Shown here: piece after piece, positions 18,667 through 29,172 of the stretch | How the letters are laid out: each line of letters starts with the position of its first letter | How positions within the stretch are numbered: the first letter of the stretch is position 1 | Assembly (NCBI GenBank): GCA_052168235.1 | Contig: JBQLZK010000049.1 | Location: 1-58,834 of the forward strand | Source of the DNA: Thainema sp. | Lineage (GTDB): Bacteria; Cyanobacteriota; Cyanobacteriia; Phormidesmidales; Phormidesmidaceae | Length of the DNA stretch: 58,834 nucleotides | Direction of reading: 5' to 3' | Notes under the pieces: model-generated | Told to the model about the DNA's origin: nothing | Seen by the model: only the letters and a program-made list of their open reading frames with translations | Database searches by the model: none | Position numbers and translations under genes: made by a program

Positions 18667-20889
18667 TCATGAGGAATAAGACGAGGAATAGGGTTCGCCA
18701 AATAGCACCACCGAGCACGCAATACTCTGAATCACCTGCGTTGTCACATCGCTCACGGCTAGTCCGCCAACGGTTCGCCGTCGAATCGAGCGCAGGATTA
18801 CCAAATCATGAGCCTGACTCGCTTGCAAAATGGCGGTAGCTGGGTCGTCGTGAACGACAACCTGCATGTCGGTTGGTCGCGGAAAGGGACTGTGGCTGAG
18901 CCATTGCGATAAATCAGCCATTAGGGTTTCCGTTTGGGCAGCGGGAGTTCTGCGATCGCACACATGTAGCAATGTCAGGGCTGAGTCATTGGTTTCCGCT
19001 AGAAGCTGCGCAAATTGAAGCGTCCAGAGGCTTTGAGGCTGCATATTTTTAACCGGGACGAGAATGCGCTTGAGCCGCATCGGTTCATCCAGCAGGCGAG
19101 CAACGGCAACGGGACAGTGAGCCGCCCAAAAGACGCTGTCGGTGACGGTGCCGAAAAACCGCGATCGCAACCCAACATCGCTCCAGCCCATAACGATCAG
19201 GCGAGCCTCTTGTTCGCGGGCGGTGCGGCTGATGGCGTTGGCAATATCATCGTCAACGCGTAGATAAGGATGTGCGATCGCGCCCGTTCGTTCCGTGACT
19301 TCGATCGCCCGATTCAGCAGTTGCCGCCCCCGGCGCAGCATCCGCGCCAAATCTGGATCGTCTAGATGTAAATTGGCCTTGGCGATCGATAGCGGCACGA
19401 CTACGCCCGATTCGTGACGGGCAATCAGAGCGGCGAGCTCAATCAAGTTATTTTCAGTCAGAGGATTGGCGACTGGTACGACGACGGTAAAGGGAGACTC
19501 GCTCCCTAACCCGCTTTGGCCCAGTTGAACGCCCTGCTCCTCCAGCCCCGGCTCTTGCTCCAAATCCAGCCCATCACTGCCCCACCAATGTTCAAGTTCC
19601 TGGGGAAGTTCGACTTTGGGCGCAGGCAATTTGACGGCAAACCGCTCTGTCATCAACGGTCCCGCCAAAGACGTGACCAGCATCAGCACGATCACACTAT
19701 TGAAGACCGATTGGGTAATGATGCCCGTTTCATAGCCGACCAACGCGGCGGCAAGTGTCGCGGCTACCTGCGGGAGCGACAGTGACCACATAGTGAGCGT
19801 TTCAATCCAGCTGTAGCGATAGATCCACTTCACGGTGAAGGCGGCCAGGAATTTGCTGCTAATCAAGCCGCCGACGATGGCAAAGGTAAGGCCAAAGCTG
19901 CGAATCAGCGTATCGACGAATGCGGGAATATCCAGCAGCAGTCCGGTATCGACAAAGAAAAAGGGAATGAATAGGGTGCTGCCGACAAACTCGATTTTTT
20001 CTTGGACAGGCCCTCGTCCGATCACGTCGTTAATGGCAAGACCGGCCAAAAACGCACCGATGATTTTGTCGATGTTGATCGCCTGTGCGCCGACGGAGGC
20101 CAGAAACACCGCCAACAGAACGAATAGAAACTGGTTGCTTTCCTCGTCGCCTGTGCGCTGAAAATAGTCTCGTCCCACCCAGCGAATGCCGAATAGCACC
20201 GCTACGGTATAGATGGCCAGCGATCCTAACTGGATGAGTAAACTGTTGAGGGAGAACTCGCCAGAGTCAATGGACACGCAGATAGCCAAAACCAGCAGCG
20301 CTGCAATATCGGTCAGAATGGTGGCCCCAATGGTGACGGTGACGGCTTCATTCCGCACGACGCCGAGACGCTGCACGATTGGATAGGCCAGCAGAGTGTG
20401 GGAGGCCATCAGCGACCCGATTAGAATGGCAGCATTCCAGCCAAAGTCAAAATACAGGCCGACCAGCGTGCCCATGATCATGGGCACGAGAAAGGTTGAG
20501 AGGCCAAATCCAAGGGAGCGATCGCGGGTTTTGCGAAACTCGGCTAGATCAATCTCTAGTCCAGCCACGAACATGAGATACACTTTGCCGATATCGGATA
20601 ATAATTCAATGGTTTCGGTTTCTGGATCGAGCAGTCCTAAACCGCTTTGTCCCAGTAAAATTCCGGCAACAATTAGCCCCACTAATCCGGGTAAGCGCAG
20701 TCGCTCAAAAATGGGTGGTAGAATCAAACTCACCAGCAACAGTAGCGTAAACGCCACGATTGGACTGACTTCTGGTGGTAAAGCCTGAAGAAATTGTCCC
20801 ATGTAATTGCGACCTCTTTTTAAGGTAGAAGACTGGTACGAAATCGGGTTTAAACAATTTGAATCGTTTGAGCGAGAGGCAATCATCAC
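18667..20889 (-). CDS. CPA2 cation:proton antiporter with C-terminal universal-stress domains (NhaS5-like); likely start ATG 20802
   Basis: LMFVAGLEID, GATILTDI, GAFLAGL, FIPFFF motifs; two USP-like domains (VVVPVAN...IVMGW; ILVPV...CSVVLF). Confidence 0.9.
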   Translation of the reverse strand: MMIASRSNDSNCLNPISYQSSTLKRGRNYMGQFLQALPPEVSPIVAFTLLLLVSLILPPIFERLRLPGLVGLIVAGILLGQSGLGLLDPETETIELLSDIGKVYLMFVAGLEIDLAEFRKTRDRSLGFGLSTFLVPMIMGTLVGLYFDFGWNAAILIGSLMASHTLLAYPIVQRLGVVRNEAVTVTIGATILTDIAALLVLAICVSIDSGEFSLNSLLIQLGSLAIYTVAVLFGIRWVGRDYFQRTGDEESNQFLFVLLAVFLASVGAQAINIDKIIGAFLAGLAINDVIGRGPVQEKIEFVGSTLFIPFFFVDTGLLLDIPAFVDTLIRSFGLTFAIVGGLISSKFLAAFTVKWIYRYSWIETLTMWSLSLPQVAATLAAALVGYETGIITQSVFNSVIVLMLVTSLAGPLMTERFAVKLPAPKVELPQELEHWWGSDGLDLEQEPGLEEQGVQLGQSGLGSESPFTVVVPVANPLTENNLIELAALIARHESGVVVPLSIAKANLHLDDPDLARMLRRGRQLLNRAIEVTERTGAIAHPYLRVDDDIANAISRTAREQEARLIVMGWSDVGLRSRFFGTVTDSVFWAAHCPVAVARLLDEPMRLKRILVPVKNMQPQSLWTLQFAQLLAETNDSALTLLHVCDRRTPAAQTETLMADLSQWLSHSPFPRPTDMQVVVHDDPATAILQASQAHDLVILRSIRRRTVGGLAVSDVTTQVIQSIACSVVLFGEPYSSSYSS

Positions 20890-21105
20890 CTCTTTCCACC
20901 CAAACGATTCAGGACGCTACAGATAAATTCGGTTCAGTTCAATCTGGATCGATACGATTTTCCTATTTGCATCTGATTTGATCAATAGGTCTCAATTGAA
21001 AGATGAGGACAGTTGTGCGATCGCAATTTCAATCCACTGATCCTAATCCCAATTGTGCGATCGCGGCCATAATGGAGTCTTTAGCTCCAGCTGTCCTATC
21101 GTTCT

Positions 21106-21447
21106 ATGAAAACTCCTGATCATTGCCAAAATATGGCGGATATTCGTGCCGCCATTGATCAGCTTGACCGTCAGGTGATTGCGCTACTGGGCCAGCGCTT
21201 TGCCTATGTCAAGGCGGCATCAAAGTTCAAGACCAGCGAAACAGACGTAAAAGCCCCAGACCGCTTTCGATCAATGCTGCTGCAGCGCCGCACCTGGGCA
21301 GAAGCGGAAGGCTTAAGTGCCGATGTTATTGAACAGCTCTATCGAGAGCTCGTCACCTACTTTATTGAAGAAGAAATGCAGCACTGGCAAAGGGCCGAGC
21401 AACCAGATTTCTGTGGTCAATCGTCCGAGAAATCAACACCTCGATAA
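21106..21447 (+). CDS. pchB: Isochorismate-pyruvate lyase / AroQ chorismate mutase family
   Basis: MKTPDHC..MADIRAAIDQLDRQVIALLGQRFAYVKAASKFK..APDR, close to PchB. Confidence 0.8.
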   Translation: MKTPDHCQNMADIRAAIDQLDRQVIALLGQRFAYVKAASKFKTSETDVKAPDRFRSMLLQRRTWAEAEGLSADVIEQLYRELVTYFIEEEMQHWQRAEQPDFCGQSSEKSTPR

Positions 21448-21468
21448 AAAATTGGGGTTCTGGAGTTT

Positions 21469-22989
21469 CTACAGTGAACGCGTATGCTGCTGGTGCCAAT
21501 TTTCCGCCTGCTGATGAATCGCGTCTAACTCCTCCGCTGACATTTTTTTGATATTGGCCAGAATCAAATTCATGCGGCCTTGGGATTTGAGCTTGGTGGA
21601 GTGGCGAGAAAGAAAATCCCAGTAGAAAAAATTAAACGGGCAGGCATCTTTCCCTGTCCGCTTTGTGCGGCTGTAGGTGCAGTTCTGGCAATAGTCGCTC
21701 ATTTTGTTGATGTAATTGGCTGATGACGCATAGGGTTTAGAGGCCAGCATTCCACCATCGGCAAACAGCCCCATACCAATCACGTTGGTCTGCATCACCC
21801 AGTCATAGGCATCAATAAACGCTGCATGAAACCAGCTTTCCACCTCCTGGGGTGACAGTCCGGCAATCAGCGAAAAATTGGCCAGTACCATCAATCGCTG
21901 AATGTGGTGAGTGTAACCCGTGCGTTCTAACTGCGATAGCACCTGCTTCAGGCAGTTCATCTCTGCTTGCTCCGCATCCCAGAAAAACTGGGGCAGTGGA
22001 TGATTGTGCTCAAAAAAGTTTTTAGTTGGATAGTCATCGCTGACGTAGCTATACAGTCCCCGCATGTACTCCCGCCAGCCCAGCACTTGGCGAATAAAGC
22101 CCTCGACGCTGTTCAGCGGCAACTTGCGATCGCGCCACGCCTGTTCCACCGCCCGTACAATTTCTTCCGGATGCAGCAGGCCCAAATTCATGTAGGGCGA
22201 AATCAGTCCGTGCCACATGGTTTCTTCGCCCGTCACCATCGCGTCCTGATACGGTCCAAAGGTTGGCAGGCGCACCTCGACGAAATACTGAAGCACCTGG
22301 AGCGCCTGTTCGCGAGTGGTTCCCCAGCGAAAGGGAGTGGTCTGACCGTAGGTGGGATAGTCTGCCGCTTTGACTTGGTTGGTCACGGTTTGGGTAATCT
22401 CGTCCGGCTCAAACCACAGCGGATCGGGCGGATTCAGATTCCCCTTGGGCGGTTTACGGTTTTGCTTATCGAAATTCCACTGGTTCCCTGCTGGCTCATC
22501 GCCATCCATCATCACGTCAAACCGCTTGCGCCCCTCCCGGTAGAAGGTTTCCATCAGCAGATTCTTGCGACCCTTAGCCCACTGAGCAAAGGCATCGTCT
22601 GACCAGAAAAACTGGTTGTTTGGCGTGATGGTCAACTTGCAGGACAGCTTGAGCGCTTTGAGATAGCGCTGAAAAGTGCGATCGCAGGGCTGCATCAACC
22701 GCAGTTCTTGAATACCTTGCTTACTAATCCACTGATTGAGCGGAGTTTGGAAATCCTGAGCTTGCTCAACATAGGTGACTGACCAGCCCTGTTGCCGCAG
22801 TTCCTCCGCAAAATGCCGCATAGCTGACCAAACCAGCACCAGCTTTTGCTGGTGGTAGGGGCGCTCTTTCACGTGGCTGAGCGACTCGATCAGAATAACG
22901 GCTACCTGATCTTTCTGCTGTTCACAGCTCGCCAAAGCCGATTGACCCAGCGAAAGCTGATCACCCAATACCCAAATCCCGATGGTCAT
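21469..22989 (-). CDS. FeS-cluster bacterial cryptochrome/photolyase (PhrB/CryB, prokaryotic 6-4 photolyase class)
   Basis: WVLGDQL, HQQKL, AMRHFA, WNFDKQNR, FGPYQDAM, HHIQRLMV, KPYASSANYI; Cys pattern MNC...CQNC...CPF. Confidence 0.92.
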   Translation of the reverse strand: MTIGIWVLGDQLSLGQSALASCEQQKDQVAVILIESLSHVKERPYHQQKLVLVWSAMRHFAEELRQQGWSVTYVEQAQDFQTPLNQWISKQGIQELRLMQPCDRTFQRYLKALKLSCKLTITPNNQFFWSDDAFAQWAKGRKNLLMETFYREGRKRFDVMMDGDEPAGNQWNFDKQNRKPPKGNLNPPDPLWFEPDEITQTVTNQVKAADYPTYGQTTPFRWGTTREQALQVLQYFVEVRLPTFGPYQDAMVTGEETMWHGLISPYMNLGLLHPEEIVRAVEQAWRDRKLPLNSVEGFIRQVLGWREYMRGLYSYVSDDYPTKNFFEHNHPLPQFFWDAEQAEMNCLKQVLSQLERTGYTHHIQRLMVLANFSLIAGLSPQEVESWFHAAFIDAYDWVMQTNVIGMGLFADGGMLASKPYASSANYINKMSDYCQNCTYSRTKRTGKDACPFNFFYWDFLSRHSTKLKSQGRMNLILANIKKMSAEELDAIHQQAENWHQQHTRSL

Positions 22990-23045
22990 ATTGCTGATCT
23001 CACGAAGTCTACTACACTTTCCTTATTCAGCCATTTTGAGGAAAT

Positions 23046-23960
23046 GTGATGTCCAGTCCCTGGCCCGAATTACCCTTGGATGATTGGCAAGATACCTGCA
23101 CCACGCTGCACATGTGGACTCAAATTGTCGGCAAAATTCGCCTTGTGCAAACGCCTTGGATCAATCACTCCTGGCATGTGCCGCTCTATTTAACGGTGCG
23201 CGGATTGACGACTAGCCCAATTCCCTACGGCAACCGCATTTTTCAAATCGACTTTGATTTTATTGACCACCAGCTTCAGATTGCCACCTGCGATCGCAGT
23301 TTTCAAACCATTGACTTACGACCCCGCTCCGTTGCCGATTTTTATCAGGCGGTGATGACGGCTCTGGCTGCGCTGGATATTCCGGTCACGATCAACACTC
23401 GTCCCAACGAAATTCCCGATCCGATTCCCTTCGATCAGGATACTGTCCACGCCAGCTATGATGCTAACGCCACTCATCGATTTTGGCAGATTTTGTTACA
23501 GTGCGATCGCGTTTTTCACGAGTTTCGCTCCCACTTTTGCGGCAAGGTCAGTCCAGTGCATTTCTTTTGGGGCAGCTTCGATTTAGCGGTGACTCGCTTC
23601 TCCGGTCGATCTGCGCCCGAACATCCGGGCGGTGTGCCCAATCTACCCGACGATGTGGCGAAAGAAGCCTACAACCAGGAAGTTAGCAGTGCGGGGTTCT
23701 GGCCAGGGACGGGACTGGGCTATCCGGCTTTTTATTCCTATGCTTATCCAACACCTGAGGGATTCAAGGATGCTGCTGTCCAGCCTGAAGCCGCCTTTTT
23801 CCATGATGGCATGGGGGAGTTCATCCTACCCTATGATGCCGTGCGCACGGCTCCTGATCCGGATCGGGCTTTGTTGAGTTTTCTGCAAAGTACCTACGAC
23901 GCTGCGGCCAGCTTGGCGGACTGGAACAAAGCAGCACTGCAGCAAACCTGGTTCAAGTAA
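23046..23960 (+). CDS. DUF5996 family protein
   Basis: WP.L....W..T..TLHMWTQIVGKIRL, NHSWHVPLY, VHFFWGSFDLAVTRFSGR, FYSYAYP. Confidence 0.85.
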   Translation: MMSSPWPELPLDDWQDTCTTLHMWTQIVGKIRLVQTPWINHSWHVPLYLTVRGLTTSPIPYGNRIFQIDFDFIDHQLQIATCDRSFQTIDLRPRSVADFYQAVMTALAALDIPVTINTRPNEIPDPIPFDQDTVHASYDANATHRFWQILLQCDRVFHEFRSHFCGKVSPVHFFWGSFDLAVTRFSGRSAPEHPGGVPNLPDDVAKEAYNQEVSSAGFWPGTGLGYPAFYSYAYPTPEGFKDAAVQPEAAFFHDGMGEFILPYDAVRTAPDPDRALLSFLQSTYDAAASLADWNKAALQQTWFK

Positions 23961-23965
23961 TCTAA

Positions 23966-24004
23966 TTGAAAAGGGGGAGACGCATAGCGTCTCCCCCTTT
24001 TCAA
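23966..24004. terminator. Bidirectional intrinsic terminator between convergent genes
   Basis: TTGAAAAGGGGGAGACGC-ata-GCGTCTCCCCCTTTTCAA, 18-bp arms. Confidence 0.85.
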
Positions 24005-24030
24005 CGGTTAAGGCAATAGATTAACGCTAC

Positions 24031-25413
24031 TTAGCGGCCAATCCCTTGATACTGGAAGCCAGCCTCAATCAAGAGCTGAGGATTGAGGAAGTTACGGCCA
24101 TCAATCATGATGGGCGTGTGCATCAGCTTCGCCATCTTGGTGTAGTCAAGAGACTCAAACTTCTTCCAATCGGTAACTAAAACCAGCGCATCGCAGCTAT
24201 CAGCCAAGCGCTCGGGATCGGTTTCAACAACAACACCCGAGAGGCCATGACGCATACCGCTTTGGGACACGATGGGGTCGTATGCCTTAACTCTTGCACC
24301 GAGACGATTCAGTTGCTCAATTAGGATCAGCGCAGGTGCATCGCGCATGTCGTCAGTGTCAGGCTTGAAGGTCAAACCTAGCAAACCAATCGTTTTACCC
24401 TTGAGGATTTTGAGTACCTGCTGAAGTTTCTCAACAGTTAGCACACGCTGACGGCTGTTCACATCAATGGTGGCCTTCAGCAGTTGAGCGTCATAGCCAT
24501 AGTCATCAGCGGTGTGAACCAGTGCAGATACGTCTTTCGGGAAGCAGGAACCACCCCAGCCGATACCAGCCTGTAAGAACTTGCTGCCGATGCGGGAATC
24601 TAGACCAATGCCCTTCGCAACTTGGGTGACATCAGCACCAACGCGATCGCAGATATTAGCAACCTCGTTGATGAAGCTAATCTTAGTGGCCAGGAACGCA
24701 TTGGAAGCGTACTTCACCATTTCAGCCGAGCTGAGGTCAGTGGTGACAACAGGTACGGGGGGTAAAGACTTATCTTCTGCAACTTCCCGATTGACGATGG
24801 GCGCATAAAGCTGCTTCATCATTTCCATTGCTTTCTGGCTGTTGCTGCCCAAAACAATCCGATCGGGATTGAAGGTGTCATAAATTGCAGAACCTTCCCG
24901 CAAGAATTCGGGGTTGCTGACCACATCAAATTCAACATCGACTGCAGCTGTGGCGGCCCCAACGCCAGCGGTGACGGGTACTTTCTCGCGCTCAGCAATG
25001 CCGTCTAGGACAATCATCCGCACCCAGTCGCCAGAACCAATGGGTACGGTGGACTTGTTAACAATGACTTTGTAGCCGGAGGTTAGATTTTCGCCAATGC
25101 CACGGGCAACGGCTTCAACGTAGCGGGTATCGCTTTCACCCGTTGGCAATGCAGGCGTACCGACTGCGATGAACAGGATCTCGCCGTGATCAACCCCTGC
25201 GCCGAGATCGGACGTGAATTGAATCTTGCCAGTTTGGATGGCTTGCTGCATCAGTTCTGACAGGCCCGGTTCATAGATCGGAGATTGACCAGACTGCATG
25301 AGTTTAACTTTTTCTTCGTTGTTATCCACGCAGATCACATCGTGACCTGTATGAGCCAAGCAAACACCTGTAACGAGGCCAACATATCCGGTACCAATGA
25401 CACAAACGCGCAT
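24031..25413 (-). CDS. ugd: UDP-glucose 6-dehydrogenase
   Basis: GTGYVG, KSTVPIG, SNPEFLREG, GGSCFPKD, FKPDTDDMR. Confidence 0.95.
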   Translation of the reverse strand: MRVCVIGTGYVGLVTGVCLAHTGHDVICVDNNEEKVKLMQSGQSPIYEPGLSELMQQAIQTGKIQFTSDLGAGVDHGEILFIAVGTPALPTGESDTRYVEAVARGIGENLTSGYKVIVNKSTVPIGSGDWVRMIVLDGIAEREKVPVTAGVGAATAAVDVEFDVVSNPEFLREGSAIYDTFNPDRIVLGSNSQKAMEMMKQLYAPIVNREVAEDKSLPPVPVVTTDLSSAEMVKYASNAFLATKISFINEVANICDRVGADVTQVAKGIGLDSRIGSKFLQAGIGWGGSCFPKDVSALVHTADDYGYDAQLLKATIDVNSRQRVLTVEKLQQVLKILKGKTIGLLGLTFKPDTDDMRDAPALILIEQLNRLGARVKAYDPIVSQSGMRHGLSGVVVETDPERLADSCDALVLVTDWKKFESLDYTKMAKLMHTPIMIDGRNFLNPQLLIEAGFQYQGIGR

Positions 25414-25544
25414 AAACTGAATCCTCTATTTTTAATGATTGGGCAGGGTTAGGGACTAATTGCCAATTCAATGGCACAGATCCTGCACATCCTTAAACAA
25501 TGTCTAATTGCAGATGTTGCAAGAAAGAGGAAACCGAGTTTCCC

Positions 25545-26510
25545 TTAGCTAGAAACTGCCTGCTCAGGCAGCTTAGAAACCTCTGGACTAAAGCGATCGC
25601 GAAAATCTTCGATCATTTCCTTCAGCCCTTCCCGGAGTGGAACCGTAGGTTGCCAACCTAGATATTCTTTAGCGCGAGTAATATCAGGTTGCCGTCGGCG
25701 CGGATCATCCTGGGGTAGAGGTTCAAACTTGATTTCGAGACTGGGATTAATCATCTCGCATACGGTCTCAGCTAGTTCCAGAATGGTGTACTCGCCTGGA
25801 TTACCCAGGTTGACGGGACCAATGAAGTCTCCATTCATCAACCGGATTAGTCCGTCAACTAAATCCGAGACATAGCAAAAACTGCGAGTTTGTGACCCAT
25901 CTCCATATACAGTTAGCGATTTTCCACGAAGCGCCTGAGCAACAAAATTACTCACAACCCGTCCATCGTTCTCTAGCATTCGCGGACCATAGGTGTTGAA
26001 GATTCGCGCGACTCGAATTTCAACATCATTTTGGCGGTGATAATCAAATGCCAAAGTCTCGGCAACTCGTTTACCTTCGTCGTAACAGCTCCGAATGCCA
26101 ATCGGATTCACGTTCCCGCGATAATTTTCGGTCTGCGGATGAATCTCTGGGTCTCCGTAGACTTCTGAGGTAGACGCTAACAAAAATCGAGCCTTAACAC
26201 GCTTGGCTAAGCCCAGCATGTTAATGGTTCCCATGACGTTAGTTTTAATGGTTTTAACTGGATTGTACTGATAGTGTACAGGGGAAGCCGGACAGGCCAG
26301 ATGATAGATTTGTTCGGTTTCTAGGCGAATTGGTTCTGTAATATCGTGGCGGATCAACTCAAAGTTGTAGTAGTCAAACCACCGTAAGAGATTTTCCTTG
26401 CGTCCTGTGTAGAAGTTGTCAATACAAACAACTTCATTCCCCTCTTCTAAAAGCCGATCTATCAAGTGAGAGCCGATAAATCCAGCGCCACCCGTAACCA
26501 GAATTCTCAT
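25545..26510 (-). CDS. UDP-glucuronate decarboxylase (UDP-xylose synthase, extended SDR)
   Basis: [48 protein letters not shown]; adjacent to ugd. Confidence 0.93.
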   Translation of the reverse strand: MRILVTGGAGFIGSHLIDRLLEEGNEVVCIDNFYTGRKENLLRWFDYYNFELIRHDITEPIRLETEQIYHLACPASPVHYQYNPVKTIKTNVMGTINMLGLAKRVKARFLLASTSEVYGDPEIHPQTENYRGNVNPIGIRSCYDEGKRVAETLAFDYHRQNDVEIRVARIFNTYGPRMLENDGRVVSNFVAQALRGKSLTVYGDGSQTRSFCYVSDLVDGLIRLMNGDFIGPVNLGNPGEYTILELAETVCEMINPSLEIKFEPLPQDDPRRRQPDITRAKEYLGWQPTVPLREGLKEMIEDFRDRFSPEVSKLPEQAVSS

Positions 26511-27034
26511 GATCCTAACTGCTCAAAAATATGGATGAACAATGAAAGTAGCCACCTAAAGACGCGTTTGCAGTCTCTTAGAGCACCCCATAAGCATTCA
26601 CAGGTACGAACCGATGAAGATTTAGAGGGAATTCTCAATCACTCTAGCGCCTCATTAGGCTTGACTAGCTGTGCTAATCATCAGCGTTAAATTGCTGCTA
26701 AATCAAACATCAACCCAAAAGTGGCTGAAAGCAGTATACCGAGAAACAAATCGGGCTACAGCACTTACTGACTAAGAGACATGACTGAACTAGTTCAAGA
26801 ATGCCCAACTTCACTTGATAAATTGCAAACCATTGCGCTAACACAGACCTTTTTTATTTGCTGCTAGTCATTTAATCTCCCAAAATTATTCAATTTGGCT
26901 GTAAACATAAGCTATCGAATCGAATTTAACGCAGCCAATATGATCTGCGGGATTTTACGGAAACTTCAAAGCCTCAGAGAAATAAACCTGGCTAAGCTTC
27001 AATTTTCTTCATGGTTCTAAAGCGGAAAAATAGT

Positions 27035-27068
27035 GAAAAAGGATAGTGCGATCGCACTATCCTTTTTC
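27035..27068. terminator. Perfect 34-bp palindrome centred on HIP1; probable typA terminator
   Basis: GAAAAAGGATAGT-GCGATCGC-ACTATCCTTTTTC, about 30 bp after the typA stop. Confidence 0.75.
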
Positions 27069-27097
27069 GTTGGGCCAAATTGCGCTAGCTCCGTGAA

Positions 27098-28888
27098 TTA
27101 CCGCTTAACTAGCTTTTTGGACATTTTCCGCAAGCGAATCGATTCTGGTGTCACCTCTAGCATTTCATCGGGGCCGATGTATTCCAGTGCCCGCTCTAGG
27201 GTCATATCAACTGGGGTTTGAAGCTGGACTAGCTCATCACCCGTTGCGGAGCGGTGGTTGGTCAACTGCTTGGTTTTGCAGATGTTTAGTTCCAGGTCTT
27301 GAGGCCGATTATGCTCACCAATGATCATGCCTTTGTAGACCTTAGTACCTGGCGCGATAAAGAAAACACCTCGGTCTTCAGCGTTCTTAAGCGCATAAAA
27401 GGTCGCTGTGCCCTCTTCAAACGCAATCAGCACACCGTTGCGACGCGTATCAACATCGCCCACCAGCGGACGATAGTCCAGGAAGCTGTGGTTCATAATG
27501 CCGTCACCACGGGTGAGACGGATGAAGTCACCCCGGAAGCCAATTAGGCCACGGGCTGGAACCACAAACTCAAGCTGTGCCCGACCGTCGCTGTTGACGC
27601 GCATATCCTGCATTTCACCGCGTCGCTGACCGATGGTTTCGATACAGCCACCAACGGCTTCTTCAGGGATGTCTAGTACCAGTAGCTCATAGGGTTCACA
27701 GGGCTGGCCGCTAACTTCCCGGTAAATCACCTGCGGCTGGGAAACTTGGAATTCATAGCCTTCCCGGCGCATGGTTTCAATCAGGATGCCCAGGTGCAGT
27801 TCGCCACGACCGGAAACGGCGAATTTATCTGGTGAATCAGTCGGTTCTACCCGCAGCGCTACGTTGGTTTCTAGCTCGCGCATTAAGCGATCGCGCAGTT
27901 GACGAGAGGTGACAAAGTCGCCTTCCTGTCCAGCAAACGGCGAATCGTTAACGCAGAAGGTCATCTGCAATGTCGGTTCGTCTACCTTAATCAGCGGCAG
28001 CGCCTGTGGCTCATTGGGGCAGGTAATCGTTTCACCGATATTGGCATCGGCAAAACCAGCAACGGCAACGATCTGTCCGGCAGAGGCTTGTTCAATTTCA
28101 ATTCGCTGTAGACCTTCAAAGCCCATCAGCTTGGTGATTTTACCCTTGGTGATGCTGCTGTCTTCTTTGACAAGCGCAGCTTGCTGACTAGCGTTAATCG
28201 TGCCGTTGTGAATCCGGCCAATGACGATCCGGCCTAAGTATTCTGAGTAGTCCAGTGTGGTGACCTGAAGCTGGAGCGGCTTTTCTGGATCTCCGACTGG
28301 CGGCGGAACGTGATCCAGGATGGCTCCAAACAGAGGCCGCATGTCTTCGCTTTCATCGTCCAGATCGCTCTTGGCAAATCCAGCCAGGCCAGAAGCGAAC
28401 AGATAAGGAAACTCGCACTGATCGTCGTCCGCACCGAGTTCTAAGAACAGATCGAGTACCTTGTCGATTGCGCCATAGGGATCAGCCTGGGGACGGTCAA
28501 TCTTATTGACAACGACGATGGGGCGTAGACCTTTTTCCAGTGCCTTACGCAGAACGAAGCGCGTTTGCGGCATGGGGCCTTCGTTGGCATCGACGATCAG
28601 CAGACAGCCATCGACCATGCCCAATACCCGCTCAACTTCACCACCGAAGTCGGCGTGGCCAGGGGTATCCACAATGTTAATCAGCGTGTCTCCGTAGCGA
28701 ACCGCTGTATTTTTGGACAAGATGGTGATGCCCCGTTCCCGCTCTAGGTCGTTGGAGTCCATGACGCAGTCCGGGATGTCCTCGCCCTCGCGAAAGATGC
28801 CAGATTGCTTTAGCAGTGCATCAACAAGTGTGGTTTTACCGTGGTCAACGTGGGCGATGATGGCAACGTTACGGATAGGTAGCGTCAT
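27098..28888 (-). CDS. typA: Translational GTPase TypA/BipA
   Basis: [52 protein letters not shown]. Confidence 0.97.
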   Translation of the reverse strand: MTLPIRNVAIIAHVDHGKTTLVDALLKQSGIFREGEDIPDCVMDSNDLERERGITILSKNTAVRYGDTLINIVDTPGHADFGGEVERVLGMVDGCLLIVDANEGPMPQTRFVLRKALEKGLRPIVVVNKIDRPQADPYGAIDKVLDLFLELGADDDQCEFPYLFASGLAGFAKSDLDDESEDMRPLFGAILDHVPPPVGDPEKPLQLQVTTLDYSEYLGRIVIGRIHNGTINASQQAALVKEDSSITKGKITKLMGFEGLQRIEIEQASAGQIVAVAGFADANIGETITCPNEPQALPLIKVDEPTLQMTFCVNDSPFAGQEGDFVTSRQLRDRLMRELETNVALRVEPTDSPDKFAVSGRGELHLGILIETMRREGYEFQVSQPQVIYREVSGQPCEPYELLVLDIPEEAVGGCIETIGQRRGEMQDMRVNSDGRAQLEFVVPARGLIGFRGDFIRLTRGDGIMNHSFLDYRPLVGDVDTRRNGVLIAFEEGTATFYALKNAEDRGVFFIAPGTKVYKGMIIGEHNRPQDLELNICKTKQLTNHRSATGDELVQLQTPVDMTLERALEYIGPDEMLEVTPESIRLRKMSKKLVKR

Positions 28889-29172
28889 GGCAAATTAGAG
28901 ATCCGTTTTATAGTAGTGAACGTGCTGCTGCCGAGGGGCAACAAGGGGTTTATTTGGTTGAGAGTGAACAGTGCAGCGGAGACAAGCTCTATGTGACAGT
29001 CCATCTGTCAGAGACAACAAAGCCTTTTGGCTCTATACCGGAATCGTATAGATAAATTAAAGAGACCTATTGAACCGTCGCGAACGGTATCTACTCCCAA
29101 ACAAATGTAAACAAGCCTTAATAAGTCTAGCGTACCCACTTGCTGATTGATCAGAAACGTGCTGGGAATTTG

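Noticed and set aside
21967..22602. 211-aa ORF antisense to the photolyase
   Set aside because: Shadow frame of a well-supported gene; no motifs
26511..27034. Long AT-rich intergenic region considered for an sRNA or small ORF
   Set aside because: No recognisable structure or credible ORF; consistent with the promoter of the UDP-sugar genes
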